In this document: piece by piece, positions 26,096 to 36,876 of the stretch
Position numbering within the stretch: position 1 is the first letter of the stretch
Layout of the letters: each line of letters begins with the position of its first letter
Origin: Staphylococcus phage IME1346_01
Sequence record: KY653125.1
Length of the DNA stretch: 42,689 nt
Strand: one strand, 5' to 3'
Made by a program: the position numbers and the translations under genes
The notes under the pieces: generated by a model
The model's input: only the letters and a program-made list of their open reading frames with translations
What the model was told of the DNA's origin: nothing
Database searches by the model: none

Positions 26096-29000
26096 GTAAA
26101 AAACAAAAAGTTCAAGCCCAGATTACTAAAGAGCTGAAAGATAGTTATGACAAACTTAGTAAAGAAACTGGTGAAAACAGTGCAAAGACACAAGCTGCGG
26201 CTGCTAAATACAATGAAGCTTACGCTAAATTAAACCAATATGAGCGAGAGTTAAATCAAGCCACACAAGAATTAAAAGACATGCAAAGAGAGCAGAAAGC
26301 ATTAAATACTGCAATGGGAAAACTTGGTACCAACTTTAATAATTTTGGTCCTAAACTTCAAGAAATTGGTAACAGTATGAAAAATGTAGGCCGTAACATG
26401 ACTATGTATGTAACTGCGCCGGTGGTTGCTGGGTTTGCTGTAGCAGCTAAAAAAGGTATTGAATTCGATGACAGTATGAGAAAAGTTAAAGCAACTTCAG
26501 GTGCTACTGGGGAAGAGTTTGAAGCTTTGAAGAAAAAGGCTCGCGAAATGGGTGCAACAACAAAATTTAGTGCATCAGATTCGGCTGAAGCATTAAATTA
26601 CATGGCACTTGCTGGTTGGGATTCTAAGCAAATGATGGAAGGTTTAAGCGGAGTTATGGATTTAGCGGCAGCATCTGGCGAAGAACTGGAAGCAGTAAGT
26701 GACATTGTTACAGATGGACTAACGGCATTCGGTTTAAAAGCAAAGGATAGTGGTCATTTTGCGGACATTTTAGCACAAACTAGCTCGAAGGCAAATACGG
26801 ATGTTAGAGGGCTCGGAGAAGCTTTTAAATATGTCGCTCCTGTAGCAGGTGCGTTAGGTTACACGATTGAAGATACATCTATTGCGATAGGTTTAATGAG
26901 TAATGCTGGTATCAAAGGTGAAAAAGCAGGTACAGCGTTACGAACAATGTTCACCAATCTTTCAAGTCCAACTAGAGCTATGGGGAATGAAATGGAACGC
27001 TTAGGAATATCTATTACAGATAGTAATGGGAAAATGATTCCTATGCGAAAGCTTTTAGACCAACTGAGGGAAAAATTTAAACATCTTTCAAAAGACCAAC
27101 AAGCTAGTTCTGCAGCTACAATATTTGGTAAAGAAGCGATGTCAGGAGCATTAGCGATTATAAATGCTTCTGATGAAGACTATCAAAAGTTAACCAAATC
27201 TATAGATTCATCTACCGGCGCATCTAAAAGAATGGCCGATACAATGGAATCTGGTTTAGGTGGGAAATTAAGAACTTTAAGGTCGCAATTAGAAGAACTA
27301 GCCTTAACGATTTATGACAGAATAGAACCAGCACTAAAGATTATAGTAAGTGCTTTTAGCAAAGTAGTGACATGGGTTACTAAATTACCAACGTCAATTC
27401 AATTAGCGGTTGTTGGGTTTGGATTATTTGCAGCAGTTTTAGGTCCTTTAGTTTTTATGTTCGGTTTATTTATCAGCGTGATGGGGAATGCAATGACAGT
27501 TTTAGAACCCTTGTTAATAAACGTTAATAAAGCTGGTGGTTTATTCGCGTTTTTAAGAACTAAAATCGCATCACTTGTTAAACTATTTCCGATTTTAGGT
27601 GTGTCGATATCAAGTTTAACGTTACCTATAACATTAATTGTAGGTGCATTAGTTGGTATTGGCATAGCTTTCTATCAAGCTTATAAACGTTCAGAAACTT
27701 TTAGAAATATTGTAAATCAGGCAATCTCTGGTGTAGCAAACGCATTTAAAGCAGCTAAACTAGCGTTACAAGGTTTCTTTGATTTATTCAAAGGTGATAG
27801 TAAAGGCGCGGTTACCCTAGAGAAGATATTTCCACCCGAAACTGTAGCAGGAATACAAAATGTAGTTAATACGATTAGAACAACTTTCTTTAAAGTAGTT
27901 GATGCAATCGTTGGTTTCGCCAAAGAGATAGGCGCTCAATTAGCCTCTTTCTGGAAAGAGAACGGCTCAGAAATAACACAAGCTTTGCAAAATATAGCTG
28001 GTTTCATTAAAGCAACCTTTGAATTTATTTTTAACTTTATTATTAAACCAATCATGTTTGCGATTTGGCAAGTGATGCAATTTATTTGGCCGGCGGTTAA
28101 AGCTTTGATTGTCAGCACTTGGGAAAATATCAAAGGTGTAATACAAGGGGCTATTAATATTATTTTGGGTATTATCAAAGTGTTCTCTAGTCTTTTCACA
28201 GGAAACTGGCGAGGCGTTTGGGACGGCATTGTAATGATACTGAAAGGTACTGTGCAGTTAATTTGGAATTTAATACAACTGTGGTTTGTAGGTAAGATTC
28301 TAGGTGTTGTTAGATACTTTGGTGGATTGCTTAAAGGTTTAATATCCGGTATCTGGGGTGTTATCAAAGGTATTTTCACAAAATCATTATCTGCAATTTG
28401 GAATGCAACGAAAAGTATTTTTGGTTTCTTATACAATAGTGTTAAATCTATTTTCACTAATATGAAAAACTGGTTATCTAGTACGTGGAATAATATCAAA
28501 AGCAATACCGTCGGCAAGGCTCATTCGTTATTTACGGGTGTAAGGTCTAAATTCACAAGTTTATGGAATGCGACGAAAGATATATTTACTAAATTAAGAA
28601 ATTGGATGTCAAACATCTGGAACTCTATTAAAGATAACACGGTAGGTATAGCTGGTCGTTTGTGGGATAAAGTACGTAATATCTTCGGAAACATGCGTGA
28701 CGGTTTAAAATCTATCATTGGTAAAATTAAAGATCATATCGGCGGTATGGTAGATGCTATTAAAAAAGGACTTAATAAATTAATTGAAGGCTTAAACTGG
28801 GTCGGTGGTAAGTTAGGTATGGATGAAATACCTAGGTTACACACTGGTACAGAGCACACACATACTACTACAAGATTAGTTAAGAACGGTAAGATTGCAC
28901 GTGATACATTCGCTACAGTTGGGGATAAAGGACGTGGAAATGGTCCAAATGGTTTTAGAAATGAAATGATTGAATTCCCTAATGGTAAACGTGTAATCAC

Positions 29001-30564
29001 ACCTAGTACAGACACTACTGCTTATTTACCTAAAGGCTCAAAAGTATACAACGGTGCACAAACTTATTCAATGTTAAACGGAACGCTTCCGAGATTTCAT
29101 TTCGGTACTACTATGTGGAAAGATATTAAATCTAGTGCATCATCGGCATTTAACTGGACAAAAGATCAAATAGGTAAAGGCACAAAGTGGCTTGGCGATA
29201 AAGTTGGTGATGTCATGGACTTTATCGATAATCCAGGCAAACTTTTAAATTATGTACTTCAAGCGTTTGGAGTTGATTTCAGTTCTCTAACTAAAGGTAT
29301 GGGTATTGCTGGCGATATAACAAAAGCTGCATGGTCTAAGATTAAGAAAAGTGCAATCAAGTGGCTTGAGGATGCTTTCGCAGAGTCGGGTGATGGCGGT
29401 GTATTAGATATGAGTAAATTACGTTACTTATACGGTCACACTGCTGCTTATACACGAGAAACCGGACGCCCATTCCATGAAGGTCTGGATTTTGATTACA
29501 TTTACGAACCTGTTCCATCAACCATTAATGGTAGAGCACAAGTTATGCCTGTTCATAATGGTGGTTATGGAAAATGGGTGAAAATTGTAAAGGGTGCCTT
29601 AGAAGTTATTTATGCACATTTATCTAAATATAAAGTTAAAACTGGTCAACAAGTTAGGGTCGGACAGACTGTTGGTATATCGGGGAATACGGGGTTTAGT
29701 ACAGGACCTCACTTACATTATGAGATGCGTTGGAATGGAAGACATAGAGACCCGTTACCGTGGTTAAGAAAGAATAATGGGGGCGGCAAAAGTACACCCG
29801 GTGGTAATGGTGCAGCTAATGCTAGACGAGCTATTAAGGCTGCTCAAAATATTTTAGGAGGAAGGTATAAGGCGAGTTGGATTACTAACGAGATGATGCG
29901 TGTTGCGAGTCGTGAATCCAATTATACAGCTAATGCAGTCAATAATTGGGATAGCAACGCAAGAGCTGGTATACCTTCAAGAGGTATGTTCCAAATGATA
30001 GATCCTTCATTTAGAGCGTACGCAAAGTCGGGTTACAATAATCCTCTCAACCCAACTCATCAAGCTATATCGGCTATGAGATATATTGTGGGTAAATGGG
30101 TACCAAGAACAGGCTCATGGAGAGCTGCGTTCAAACGCGCTGGTGATTACGCATATGCTACTGGTGGCAAAGTCTATAACGGATTGTATCACTTAGGGGA
30201 AGAAGGATATCCAGAGTGGATAATACCTACTGATCCAAGTAGAGCGAACGAAGCACACAAATTATTAGCTTTAGCTGCTAACGATATTGATAACCGCTCT
30301 AAAAATAAGCGACCAAACAACTTACCAAATCCAAGTATAAGTAATAGTGATACAAACTATATTCATACATTGGAGAATAAACTGGATGCGGTTATTAATT
30401 GTTTGGTTAGTTTGGTTGAGTCTAATCAAGTTATTGCAGATAAGGATTACGAACCAGTTATTAATAAGTATGTGTTTGAAGATGAGGTAAATAATTCTAT
30501 CGATAAACGAGAGCGTCACGAATCTACAAGAGTTAGATTTAGAAGAGGAGGCACGATAATCTAA
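26092..30564 (+). CDS. tail tape measure protein with a lytic transglycosylase (SLT) domain and a C-terminal M23 peptidase domain
   Basis: 1490 aa. M23 HxxxD...HLH motifs (HEGLDFDY, GPHLHYEM) and an SLT-like region (MRVASRESNYTANA) are present. Confidence 0.85.
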   Translation: MSKKQKVQAQITKELKDSYDKLSKETGENSAKTQAAAAKYNEAYAKLNQYERELNQATQELKDMQREQKALNTAMGKLGTNFNNFGPKLQEIGNSMKNVGRNMTMYVTAPVVAGFAVAAKKGIEFDDSMRKVKATSGATGEEFEALKKKAREMGATTKFSASDSAEALNYMALAGWDSKQMMEGLSGVMDLAAASGEELEAVSDIVTDGLTAFGLKAKDSGHFADILAQTSSKANTDVRGLGEAFKYVAPVAGALGYTIEDTSIAIGLMSNAGIKGEKAGTALRTMFTNLSSPTRAMGNEMERLGISITDSNGKMIPMRKLLDQLREKFKHLSKDQQASSAATIFGKEAMSGALAIINASDEDYQKLTKSIDSSTGASKRMADTMESGLGGKLRTLRSQLEELALTIYDRIEPALKIIVSAFSKVVTWVTKLPTSIQLAVVGFGLFAAVLGPLVFMFGLFISVMGNAMTVLEPLLINVNKAGGLFAFLRTKIASLVKLFPILGVSISSLTLPITLIVGALVGIGIAFYQAYKRSETFRNIVNQAISGVANAFKAAKLALQGFFDLFKGDSKGAVTLEKIFPPETVAGIQNVVNTIRTTFFKVVDAIVGFAKEIGAQLASFWKENGSEITQALQNIAGFIKATFEFIFNFIIKPIMFAIWQVMQFIWPAVKALIVSTWENIKGVIQGAINIILGIIKVFSSLFTGNWRGVWDGIVMILKGTVQLIWNLIQLWFVGKILGVVRYFGGLLKGLISGIWGVIKGIFTKSLSAIWNATKSIFGFLYNSVKSIFTNMKNWLSSTWNNIKSNTVGKAHSLFTGVRSKFTSLWNATKDIFTKLRNWMSNIWNSIKDNTVGIAGRLWDKVRNIFGNMRDGLKSIIGKIKDHIGGMVDAIKKGLNKLIEGLNWVGGKLGMDEIPRLHTGTEHTHTTTRLVKNGKIARDTFATVGDKGRGNGPNGFRNEMIEFPNGKRVITPSTDTTAYLPKGSKVYNGAQTYSMLNGTLPRFHFGTTMWKDIKSSASSAFNWTKDQIGKGTKWLGDKVGDVMDFIDNPGKLLNYVLQAFGVDFSSLTKGMGIAGDITKAAWSKIKKSAIKWLEDAFAESGDGGVLDMSKLRYLYGHTAAYTRETGRPFHEGLDFDYIYEPVPSTINGRAQVMPVHNGGYGKWVKIVKGALEVIYAHLSKYKVKTGQQVRVGQTVGISGNTGFSTGPHLHYEMRWNGRHRDPLPWLRKNNGGGKSTPGGNGAANARRAIKAAQNILGGRYKASWITNEMMRVASRESNYTANAVNNWDSNARAGIPSRGMFQMIDPSFRAYAKSGYNNPLNPTHQAISAMRYIVGKWVPRTGSWRAAFKRAGDYAYATGGKVYNGLYHLGEEGYPEWIIPTDPSRANEAHKLLALAANDIDNRSKNKRPNNLPNPSISNSDTNYIHTLENKLDAVINCLVSLVESNQVIADKDYEPVINKYVFEDEVNNSIDKRERHESTRVRFRRGGTII

Positions 30565-32054
30565 TGCAAGATACAATTCAAATAGACAATAAAACAATTG
30601 GATGGCTGGTTGTGCAAAGAGGGTTCGAGATACCCTCTTTTAATTTTGTTACTGAAAAAGAAAACGTAAAAGGTAGAGCGGGATCTATTGTTAAGAATCG
30701 TTATTTAAATGATATCGAATTTGATTTACCATTAATTATTCGAAACGAAAAATTGTCACCAGGTGGAGAAAAAACACACGATGATATATTAGAAGCATTG
30801 GTCAAGTTCTTCAATATTAAAGATTTAACACCTAAAAAACTTAAATTCAAATCTCAAAACTGGTATTGGTTTGCATATTTTGATGATCCATTAAAATTAC
30901 CGAAAAACCCAAGAGGTTCAGTGAAGTTCACTATAAAAGTAGTGTTAACAGATCCTTATAAATACTCGGTAACTGGAAACAAAAACACCGCGATTTCAGA
31001 CCAAGTTTCAGTTGTAAATAGTGGGACTGCTGACACTCCTTTAATTGTTGAAGCCCGAGCAATTAAACCATCTAGTTACTTTATGATCACTAAAAATGAT
31101 GAAGATTATTTTATGGTTGGTGATGATGAGGTAACCAAAGAAGTTAAGGATTACATGCCTCCTGTTTATCATAGTGAGTTTCGTGATTTCAAAGGTTGGA
31201 CTAAGATGATTACTGAAGATATTCCAAGTAATGATTTAGGTGGTAAGGTCGGCGGTGACTTTGTGATATCCAATCTTGGCGAAGGATATAAAGCAACTAA
31301 TTTTCCTGATGCAAAAGGTTGGGTTGGTGCTGGCACGAAACGAGGGCTCCCTAAAGCGATGACAGATTTTCAAATTACCTATAAATGTATTGTTGAACAA
31401 AAAGGTAAAGGTGCCGGAAGAACAGCACAACATATTTATGATAGTGATGGTAAGTTACTTGCTTCTATTGGTTATGAAAATAAATATCATGATAGAAAAA
31501 TAGGACATATTGTTGTTACGTTGTATAACCAAAAAGGAGACCCCAAAAAGATATACGACTATCAGAATAAACCGATAATGTATAACTTGGACAGAATCGT
31601 TGTTTATATGCGGCTCAGAAGAGTAGGTAATAAATTTTCTATTAAAACTTGGAAATTTGATCACATTAAAGACCCAGATAGACGTAAACCTATTGATATG
31701 GATGAGAAAGAGTGGATAGATGGCGGTAAGTTTTATCAGCGTCCAGCTTCTATCATAGCTATCTATAGTGCGAAGTATAACGGTTATAAGTGGATGGAGA
31801 TGAATGGATTAGGTTCATTCAATACGGAGATTCTACCGAAACCGAAAGGCGCAAGGGATGTCATTATACAAAAAGGTGATTTAGTGAAAATAGATATGCA
31901 AGCAAAAAGTGTTGTCATCAATGAGGAACCAATGTTGAGCGAGAAATCGTTTGGAAGTAATTATTTCAATGTTGATTCTGGGTACAGTGAATTAATCATA
32001 CAACCTGAAAACGTCTTTGATACGACGGTTAAATGGCAAGATAGATATTTATAG
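30564..32054 (+). CDS. distal tail protein (Dit) with a C-terminal extension
   Basis: Position after the TMP; 496 aa. Confidence 0.65.
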   Translation: MQDTIQIDNKTIGWLVVQRGFEIPSFNFVTEKENVKGRAGSIVKNRYLNDIEFDLPLIIRNEKLSPGGEKTHDDILEALVKFFNIKDLTPKKLKFKSQNWYWFAYFDDPLKLPKNPRGSVKFTIKVVLTDPYKYSVTGNKNTAISDQVSVVNSGTADTPLIVEARAIKPSSYFMITKNDEDYFMVGDDEVTKEVKDYMPPVYHSEFRDFKGWTKMITEDIPSNDLGGKVGGDFVISNLGEGYKATNFPDAKGWVGAGTKRGLPKAMTDFQITYKCIVEQKGKGAGRTAQHIYDSDGKLLASIGYENKYHDRKIGHIVVTLYNQKGDPKKIYDYQNKPIMYNLDRIVVYMRLRRVGNKFSIKTWKFDHIKDPDRRKPIDMDEKEWIDGGKFYQRPASIIAIYSAKYNGYKWMEMNGLGSFNTEILPKPKGARDVIIQKGDLVKIDMQAKSVVINEEPMLSEKSFGSNYFNVDSGYSELIIQPENVFDTTVKWQDRYL

Positions 32055-32069
32055 AAAGGAGATGAGAGT

Positions 32070-35000
32070 GTGATACATGTTTTAGATTTTAACGACAAGA
32101 TTATAGATTTCCTTTCTACTGATGACCCTTCCTTAGTTAGAGCGATTCATAAACGTAATGTTAATGACAATTCAGAAATGCTTGAACTGCTCATATCATC
32201 AGAAAGAGCTGAAAAGTTCCGTGAACGACATCGTGTTATTATAAGGGATTCAAACAAACAATGGCGTGAATTTATTATTAACTGGGTTCAAGATACGATG
32301 GACGGCTACACAGAGATAGAATGTATAGCGTCTTATCTTGCTGATATAACAACAGCTAAACCGTATGCACCAGGCAAATTTGAGAAAAAGACAACTTCAG
32401 AAGCATTGAAAGATGTGTTGAGCGATACAGGTTGGGAAGTTTCTGAACAAACCGAATACGATGGCTTACGTACTACGTCATGGACTTCTTATCAAACTAG
32501 ATATGAAGTTTTAAAGCAATTATGTACAACCTATAAAATGGCATTGGATTTTTATATAGAGCTTAGTTCTAATACCGTCAAAGGTAGATATGTGGTACTC
32601 AAAAAGAAAAACAGCTTATTCAAAGGTAAAGAAATTGAGTATGGTAAAGATTTGGTTGGGTTAACTAGGAAGATTGATATGTCAGAAATCAAAACAGCAT
32701 TAATTGCTGTGGGACCCGAAAATGACAAAGGAAAGCGTTTAGAGTTAGTTGTGACTGATGACGAAGCACAAAGTCAATTCAACTTACCTACCCGTTATAT
32801 TTGGGGAATATACGAACCTCAATCAGATGATCAAAATATGAATGAAACACGGTTGCGTTCTTTAGCCAAAACAGAGTTAAATAAACGTAAGTCGGCAGTT
32901 ATATCATATGAGATTACTTCTACTGATTTGGAAGTTACGTATCCGCACGAGATTATATCAATTGGTGATACAGTCAGAGTAAAACATAGAGATTTTAACC
33001 CGCCATTGTATGTAGAGGCAGAAGTTATTGCCGAAGAATATAACATAATTTCAGAAAATAGCACATATACATTCGGTCAACCTAAAGAGTTCAAAGAATC
33101 AGAATTACGAGAAGAGTTTAACAAACGATTGAACATAATACATCAAAAGTTAAACGATAATATTAGCAATATCAACACTATAGTTAAAGATGTTGTAGAT
33201 GGTGAATTAGAATACTTTGAACGCAAAATACACAAAAATGATACACCGCCAGAAAATCCAGTCAATGATATGCTTTGGTATGATACAAGTAACCCTGATG
33301 TTGCTGTCTTGCGTAGATATTGGAATGGTCGATGGATTGAAGCAACACCAAATGATGTTGAAAAATTAGGTGGTATAACAAGAGAGAAAGCGCTATTCAG
33401 TGAATTAAACAATATTTTTATTAATTTATCTATACAACACGCTAGTCTTTTGTCAGAAGCTACAGAATTACTGAATAGCGAGTACTTAGTAGATAATGAT
33501 TTGAAAGCGGACTTACAAGCAAGTTTAGACGCTGTGATTGATGTTTATAATCAAATTAAAAATAATTTAGAATCTATGACACCCGAAACTGCAACGATTG
33601 GTCGGTTGGTAGATACACAAGCTTTATTTCTTGAATATAGAAAGAAATTACAAGATGTCTATACAGATGTAGAAGATGTCAAAATCGCTATTTCAGATAG
33701 ATTTAAATTATTACAGTCACAATACACTGATGAAAAATATAAAGAAGCGTTGGAAATAATAGCAACAAAATTTGGTTTAACGGTGAATGAAGATTTGCAG
33801 TTAGTCGGAGAACCTAATGTTGTTAAATCAGCTATTGAAGCAGCTAGAGAATCCACAAAAGAACAATTACGTGACTATGTAAAAACATCTGACTATAAAA
33901 CAGACAAAGACGGTATTGTTGAACGTTTAGATACTGCTGAAGCTGAGAGAACGACTTTAAAAGGTGAAATCAAAGATAAAGTTACGTTAAACGAATATCG
34001 AAACGGATTGGAAGAACAAAAACAATATACTGATGACCAGTTAAGTGATTTGTCCAATAATCCTGAGATTAAAGCAAGTATTGAACAAGCAAATCAAGAA
34101 GCGCAAGAAGCTTTAAAATCATACATTGATGCTCAAGATAATCTTAAAGAGAAGGAATCGCAAGCGTATGCTGATGGTAAAATTTCGGAAGAAGAGCAAC
34201 GCGCTATACAAGATGCTCAAGCTAAACTTGAAGAGGCAAAACAAAACGCAGAACTAAAGGCTAGAAACGCTGAAAAGAAAGCTAATGCTTATACAGACAA
34301 CAAGGTCAAAGAAAGCACAGATGCACAGAGGAGAACACTGACTCGCTATGGTTCTCAAATTATACAAAATGGTAAGGAAATCAAATTAAGAACTACTAAA
34401 GAAGAGTTTAATGCAACCAATCGTACACTTTCAAATATATTAAACGAGATTGTCCAAAACGTTACAGATGGAACAACAATCAGATATGATGATAACGGAG
34501 TGGCTCAAGCTTTAAATGTGGGGCCACGTGGTATTAGATTAAATGCTGATAAAATTGATATTAACGGTAATAGAGAAATAAACCTTCTTATCCAAAATAT
34601 GCGAGATAAAGTAGATAAAACCGATATTGTCAACAGCCTTAATTTATCAAGAGAGGGTCTTGATATCAATGTTAATAGAATTGGAATTAAAGGCGGTAAC
34701 AATAACAGATATGTTCAAATACAGAATGATTCTATTGAACTAGGTGGTATTGTGCAACGAACTTGGAAAGGCAAACGATCAACCGATGATATATTCACAC
34801 GTCTTAAAGATGGACATCTAAGGTTTAGAAATAATACCGCAGGCGGTTCACTTTATATGTCACATTTTGGTATTTCAACATATATTGATGGAGAAGGCGA
34901 AGACGGAGGTTCATCCGGTACTATTCAATGGTGGGATAAAACTTACAGTGATAGCGGTATGAATGGCATAACAATCAATTCCTATGGTGGTGTCGTTGCA

Positions 35001-35855
35001 CTAACGTCAGATAATAATCGGGTTGTTCTGGAGTCTTACGCTTCATCGAATATCAAAAGCAAACAGGCACCGGTGTATTTATATCCAAACACAGACAAAG
35101 TGCCTGGATTAAACCGATTTGCATTCACGCTGTCTAATGCAGATAATGCTTATTCGAGTGACGGTTATATTATGTTTGGTTCTGATGAGAACTATGATTA
35201 CGGTGCGGGTATCAGGTTTTCTAAAGAAAGAAATAAAGGTCTTGTTCAAATTGTTAATGGACGATATGCAACAGGTGGAGATACAACAATCGAAGCAGGG
35301 TATGGCAAATTTAATATGCTGAAACGACGTGATGGTAATAGGTATATTCATATACAGAGTACAGACCTACTGTCTGTAGGTTCAGATGATGCAGGAGATA
35401 GGATAGCTTCTAACTCAATTTATAGACGTACTTATTCGGCCGCAGCTAATTTGCATATTACTTCTGCTGGCACAATTGGGCGTTCGACATCAGCGCGTAA
35501 ATACAAGTTATCTATCGAAAATCAATATAACGATAGAGATGAACAACTGGAACATTCAAAAGCTATTCTTAACTTACCTATTAGAACGTGGTTTGATAAA
35601 GCTGAGTCTGAAATTTTAGCTAGAGAGCTGAGAGAAGATAGAAAATTATCGGAAGACACCTATAAACTTGATAGATACGTAGGTTTGATTGCTGAAGAGG
35701 TGGAGAATTTAGGATTAAAAGAGTTTGTCACGTATGATGACAAAGGAGAAATTGAAGGTATAGCGTATGATCGTCTATGGATTCATCTTATCCCTGTTAT
35801 CAAAGAACAACAACTAAGAATCAAGAAATTGGAGGAGTCAAAGAATGCAGGATAA
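32070..35855 (+). CDS. tail-associated lysin / tail fiber (Tal) with coiled-coil region and C-terminal S74 intramolecular chaperone domain
   Basis: 1261 aa. The C-terminus (DRYVGLIAEEVENLGL...IAYDRLWIHLIPVIKEQQLRI) is typical of the autoproteolytic chaperone. Confidence 0.75.
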   Translation: MIHVLDFNDKIIDFLSTDDPSLVRAIHKRNVNDNSEMLELLISSERAEKFRERHRVIIRDSNKQWREFIINWVQDTMDGYTEIECIASYLADITTAKPYAPGKFEKKTTSEALKDVLSDTGWEVSEQTEYDGLRTTSWTSYQTRYEVLKQLCTTYKMALDFYIELSSNTVKGRYVVLKKKNSLFKGKEIEYGKDLVGLTRKIDMSEIKTALIAVGPENDKGKRLELVVTDDEAQSQFNLPTRYIWGIYEPQSDDQNMNETRLRSLAKTELNKRKSAVISYEITSTDLEVTYPHEIISIGDTVRVKHRDFNPPLYVEAEVIAEEYNIISENSTYTFGQPKEFKESELREEFNKRLNIIHQKLNDNISNINTIVKDVVDGELEYFERKIHKNDTPPENPVNDMLWYDTSNPDVAVLRRYWNGRWIEATPNDVEKLGGITREKALFSELNNIFINLSIQHASLLSEATELLNSEYLVDNDLKADLQASLDAVIDVYNQIKNNLESMTPETATIGRLVDTQALFLEYRKKLQDVYTDVEDVKIAISDRFKLLQSQYTDEKYKEALEIIATKFGLTVNEDLQLVGEPNVVKSAIEAARESTKEQLRDYVKTSDYKTDKDGIVERLDTAEAERTTLKGEIKDKVTLNEYRNGLEEQKQYTDDQLSDLSNNPEIKASIEQANQEAQEALKSYIDAQDNLKEKESQAYADGKISEEEQRAIQDAQAKLEEAKQNAELKARNAEKKANAYTDNKVKESTDAQRRTLTRYGSQIIQNGKEIKLRTTKEEFNATNRTLSNILNEIVQNVTDGTTIRYDDNGVAQALNVGPRGIRLNADKIDINGNREINLLIQNMRDKVDKTDIVNSLNLSREGLDINVNRIGIKGGNNNRYVQIQNDSIELGGIVQRTWKGKRSTDDIFTRLKDGHLRFRNNTAGGSLYMSHFGISTYIDGEGEDGGSSGTIQWWDKTYSDSGMNGITINSYGGVVALTSDNNRVVLESYASSNIKSKQAPVYLYPNTDKVPGLNRFAFTLSNADNAYSSDGYIMFGSDENYDYGAGIRFSKERNKGLVQIVNGRYATGGDTTIEAGYGKFNMLKRRDGNRYIHIQSTDLLSVGSDDAGDRIASNSIYRRTYSAAANLHITSAGTIGRSTSARKYKLSIENQYNDRDEQLEHSKAILNLPIRTWFDKAESEILARELREDRKLSEDTYKLDRYVGLIAEEVENLGLKEFVTYDDKGEIEGIAYDRLWIHLIPVIKEQQLRIKKLEESKNAG

Positions 35856-35997
35856 CAAACAAGGATTACAAGCTAATCCTGAATATACAATTCATTATTT
35901 ATCACAGGAAATTATGAGGTTAACACAAGAAAACGCGATGTTAAAAGCGTATATACAAGAAAATAAAGAAAATCAACAATGTGCTGAGGAAGAGTAA
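35845..35997 (+). CDS. 50-aa hypothetical protein
   Basis: Not in the ORF track. Its ATG overlaps the 3' end of the fiber gene. Confidence 0.3.
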   Translation: MQDNKQGLQANPEYTIHYLSQEIMRLTQENAMLKAYIQENKENQQCAEEE

Positions 35998-36043
35998 TCC
36001 TTAGCACTATTTTTATACAAAAATTTAAGGAGGTCATTTAATT

Positions 36044-36331
36044 ATGGCAAAAGAAATTATCAACAATACAGAAAGGTTTATTTTAGTACAAATCGACAAA
36101 GAAGGTACAGAACGTGTAGTATATCAAGATTTCACAGGAAGTTTTACAACTTCTGAAATGGTTAACCATGCTCAAGATTTTAAATCTGAAGAAAACGCTA
36201 AGAAAATTGCGGAGACGTTAAATTTGTTATATCAATTAACTAACAAAAAACAACGTGTGAAAGTAGTTAAAGAAGTAGTTGAAAGATCAGATTTATCTCC
36301 AGAGGTAACAGTTAACACTGAAACAGTATGA
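36044..36331 (+). CDS. hypothetical protein
   Basis: ORF with an AAGGAGG RBS. Confidence 0.5.
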   Translation: MAKEIINNTERFILVQIDKEGTERVVYQDFTGSFTTSEMVNHAQDFKSEENAKKIAETLNLLYQLTNKKQRVKVVKEVVERSDLSPEVTVNTETV

Positions 36332-36388
36332 AAAGCTATGAGTTAGATACTCATAATCTTTATTCTTTTAGAAAGCGGGTGTACTGAA

Positions 36389-36685
36389 TTGGGGTGGTTC
36401 AAAAAAAACGAACATGAATGGCGCATCAGAAGGTTAGAAGAGAATGATAAAACAATGCTCAGCACACTCAACGAAATTAAATTAGGTCAAAAAACCCAAG
36501 AGCAAGTTAACATTAAATTAGATAAAACCTTAGATGCTATTCAAAAAGAAAGAGAAATAGATGAAAAGAATAAGAAAGAAAATGATAAGAACATACGTGA
36601 TATGAAAATGTGGGTGCTTGGTTTAGTTGGGACAATATTTGGGTCGCTAATTATAGCATTATTGCGTATGCTTATGGGCATATAA
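36389..36685 (+). CDS. XhlA-family (haemolysin XhlA-like) lysis-associated protein with C-terminal TM
   Basis: Coiled-coil followed by a C-terminal TM (WVLGLVGTIFGSLIIALL). The start codon is uncertain (TTG). Confidence 0.5.
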   Translation: MGWFKKNEHEWRIRRLEENDKTMLSTLNEIKLGQKTQEQVNIKLDKTLDAIQKEREIDEKNKKENDKNIRDMKMWVLGLVGTIFGSLIIALLRMLMGI

Positions 36686-36699
36686 GAGAGGTGAATAAA

Positions 36700-36762
36700 A
36701 TGTTTAAACTAATCTTTGGTTATAGTTTCTGGACATGTTTTTGGTTCGGTAAATGTAAATAA
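36700..36762 (+). CDS. possible 20-aa peptide (MFKLIFGYSFWTCFWFGKCK)
   Basis: Strong RBS (AAGAGAGGTG, 8 nt before the ATG) and a terminator hairpin just downstream. Confidence 0.2.
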   Translation: MFKLIFGYSFWTCFWFGKCK

Positions 36763-36767
36763 GTTTT

Positions 36768-36795
36768 AGTCAGTGCTTCGGTACTGACTTTTTAT
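36768..36795 (+). terminator. intrinsic terminator AGTCAGT-gcttcggt-ACTGACT followed by TTTTTATTTATT
   Basis: 7-bp stem followed by a T-run. Confidence 0.6.
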
Positions 36796-36805
36796 TTATT
36801 GTTGT

Positions 36806-36834
36806 AATTATGGTAATATGCAGAAGTGAGCAAG
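36806..36834 (+). promoter_or_regulatory. extended -10 promoter (TGgTAATAT) for the small toxin-like peptide gene
   Basis: TGnTAATAT box about 45 nt upstream of the peptide ORF. Confidence 0.4.
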
Positions 36835-36876
36835 TTGGATAGATGGTGGCTATCTGAGTATAAGGAGGTGGTGCCT

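Noticed and set aside
27399-29015. Multiple minus-strand ORFs of 65-193 aa antisense to the tape measure gene
   Set aside because: They are proline- and hydrophobic-rich mirror-frame artefacts of a long plus-strand gene. They have no RBS and lie inside an obviously real 1490-aa ORF.
35109-35351. Overlapping plus- and minus-strand ORFs inside the fiber gene
   Set aside because: Internal alternative-frame ORFs with no translation signals.
36826-36876. Longer 64-aa form of the toxin-like peptide ORF starting at 36826
   Set aside because: The ORF track extends it to a non-ATG start with no SD. The two internal Met codons each have strong SDs, so the shorter 47- and 34-aa products are more credible.
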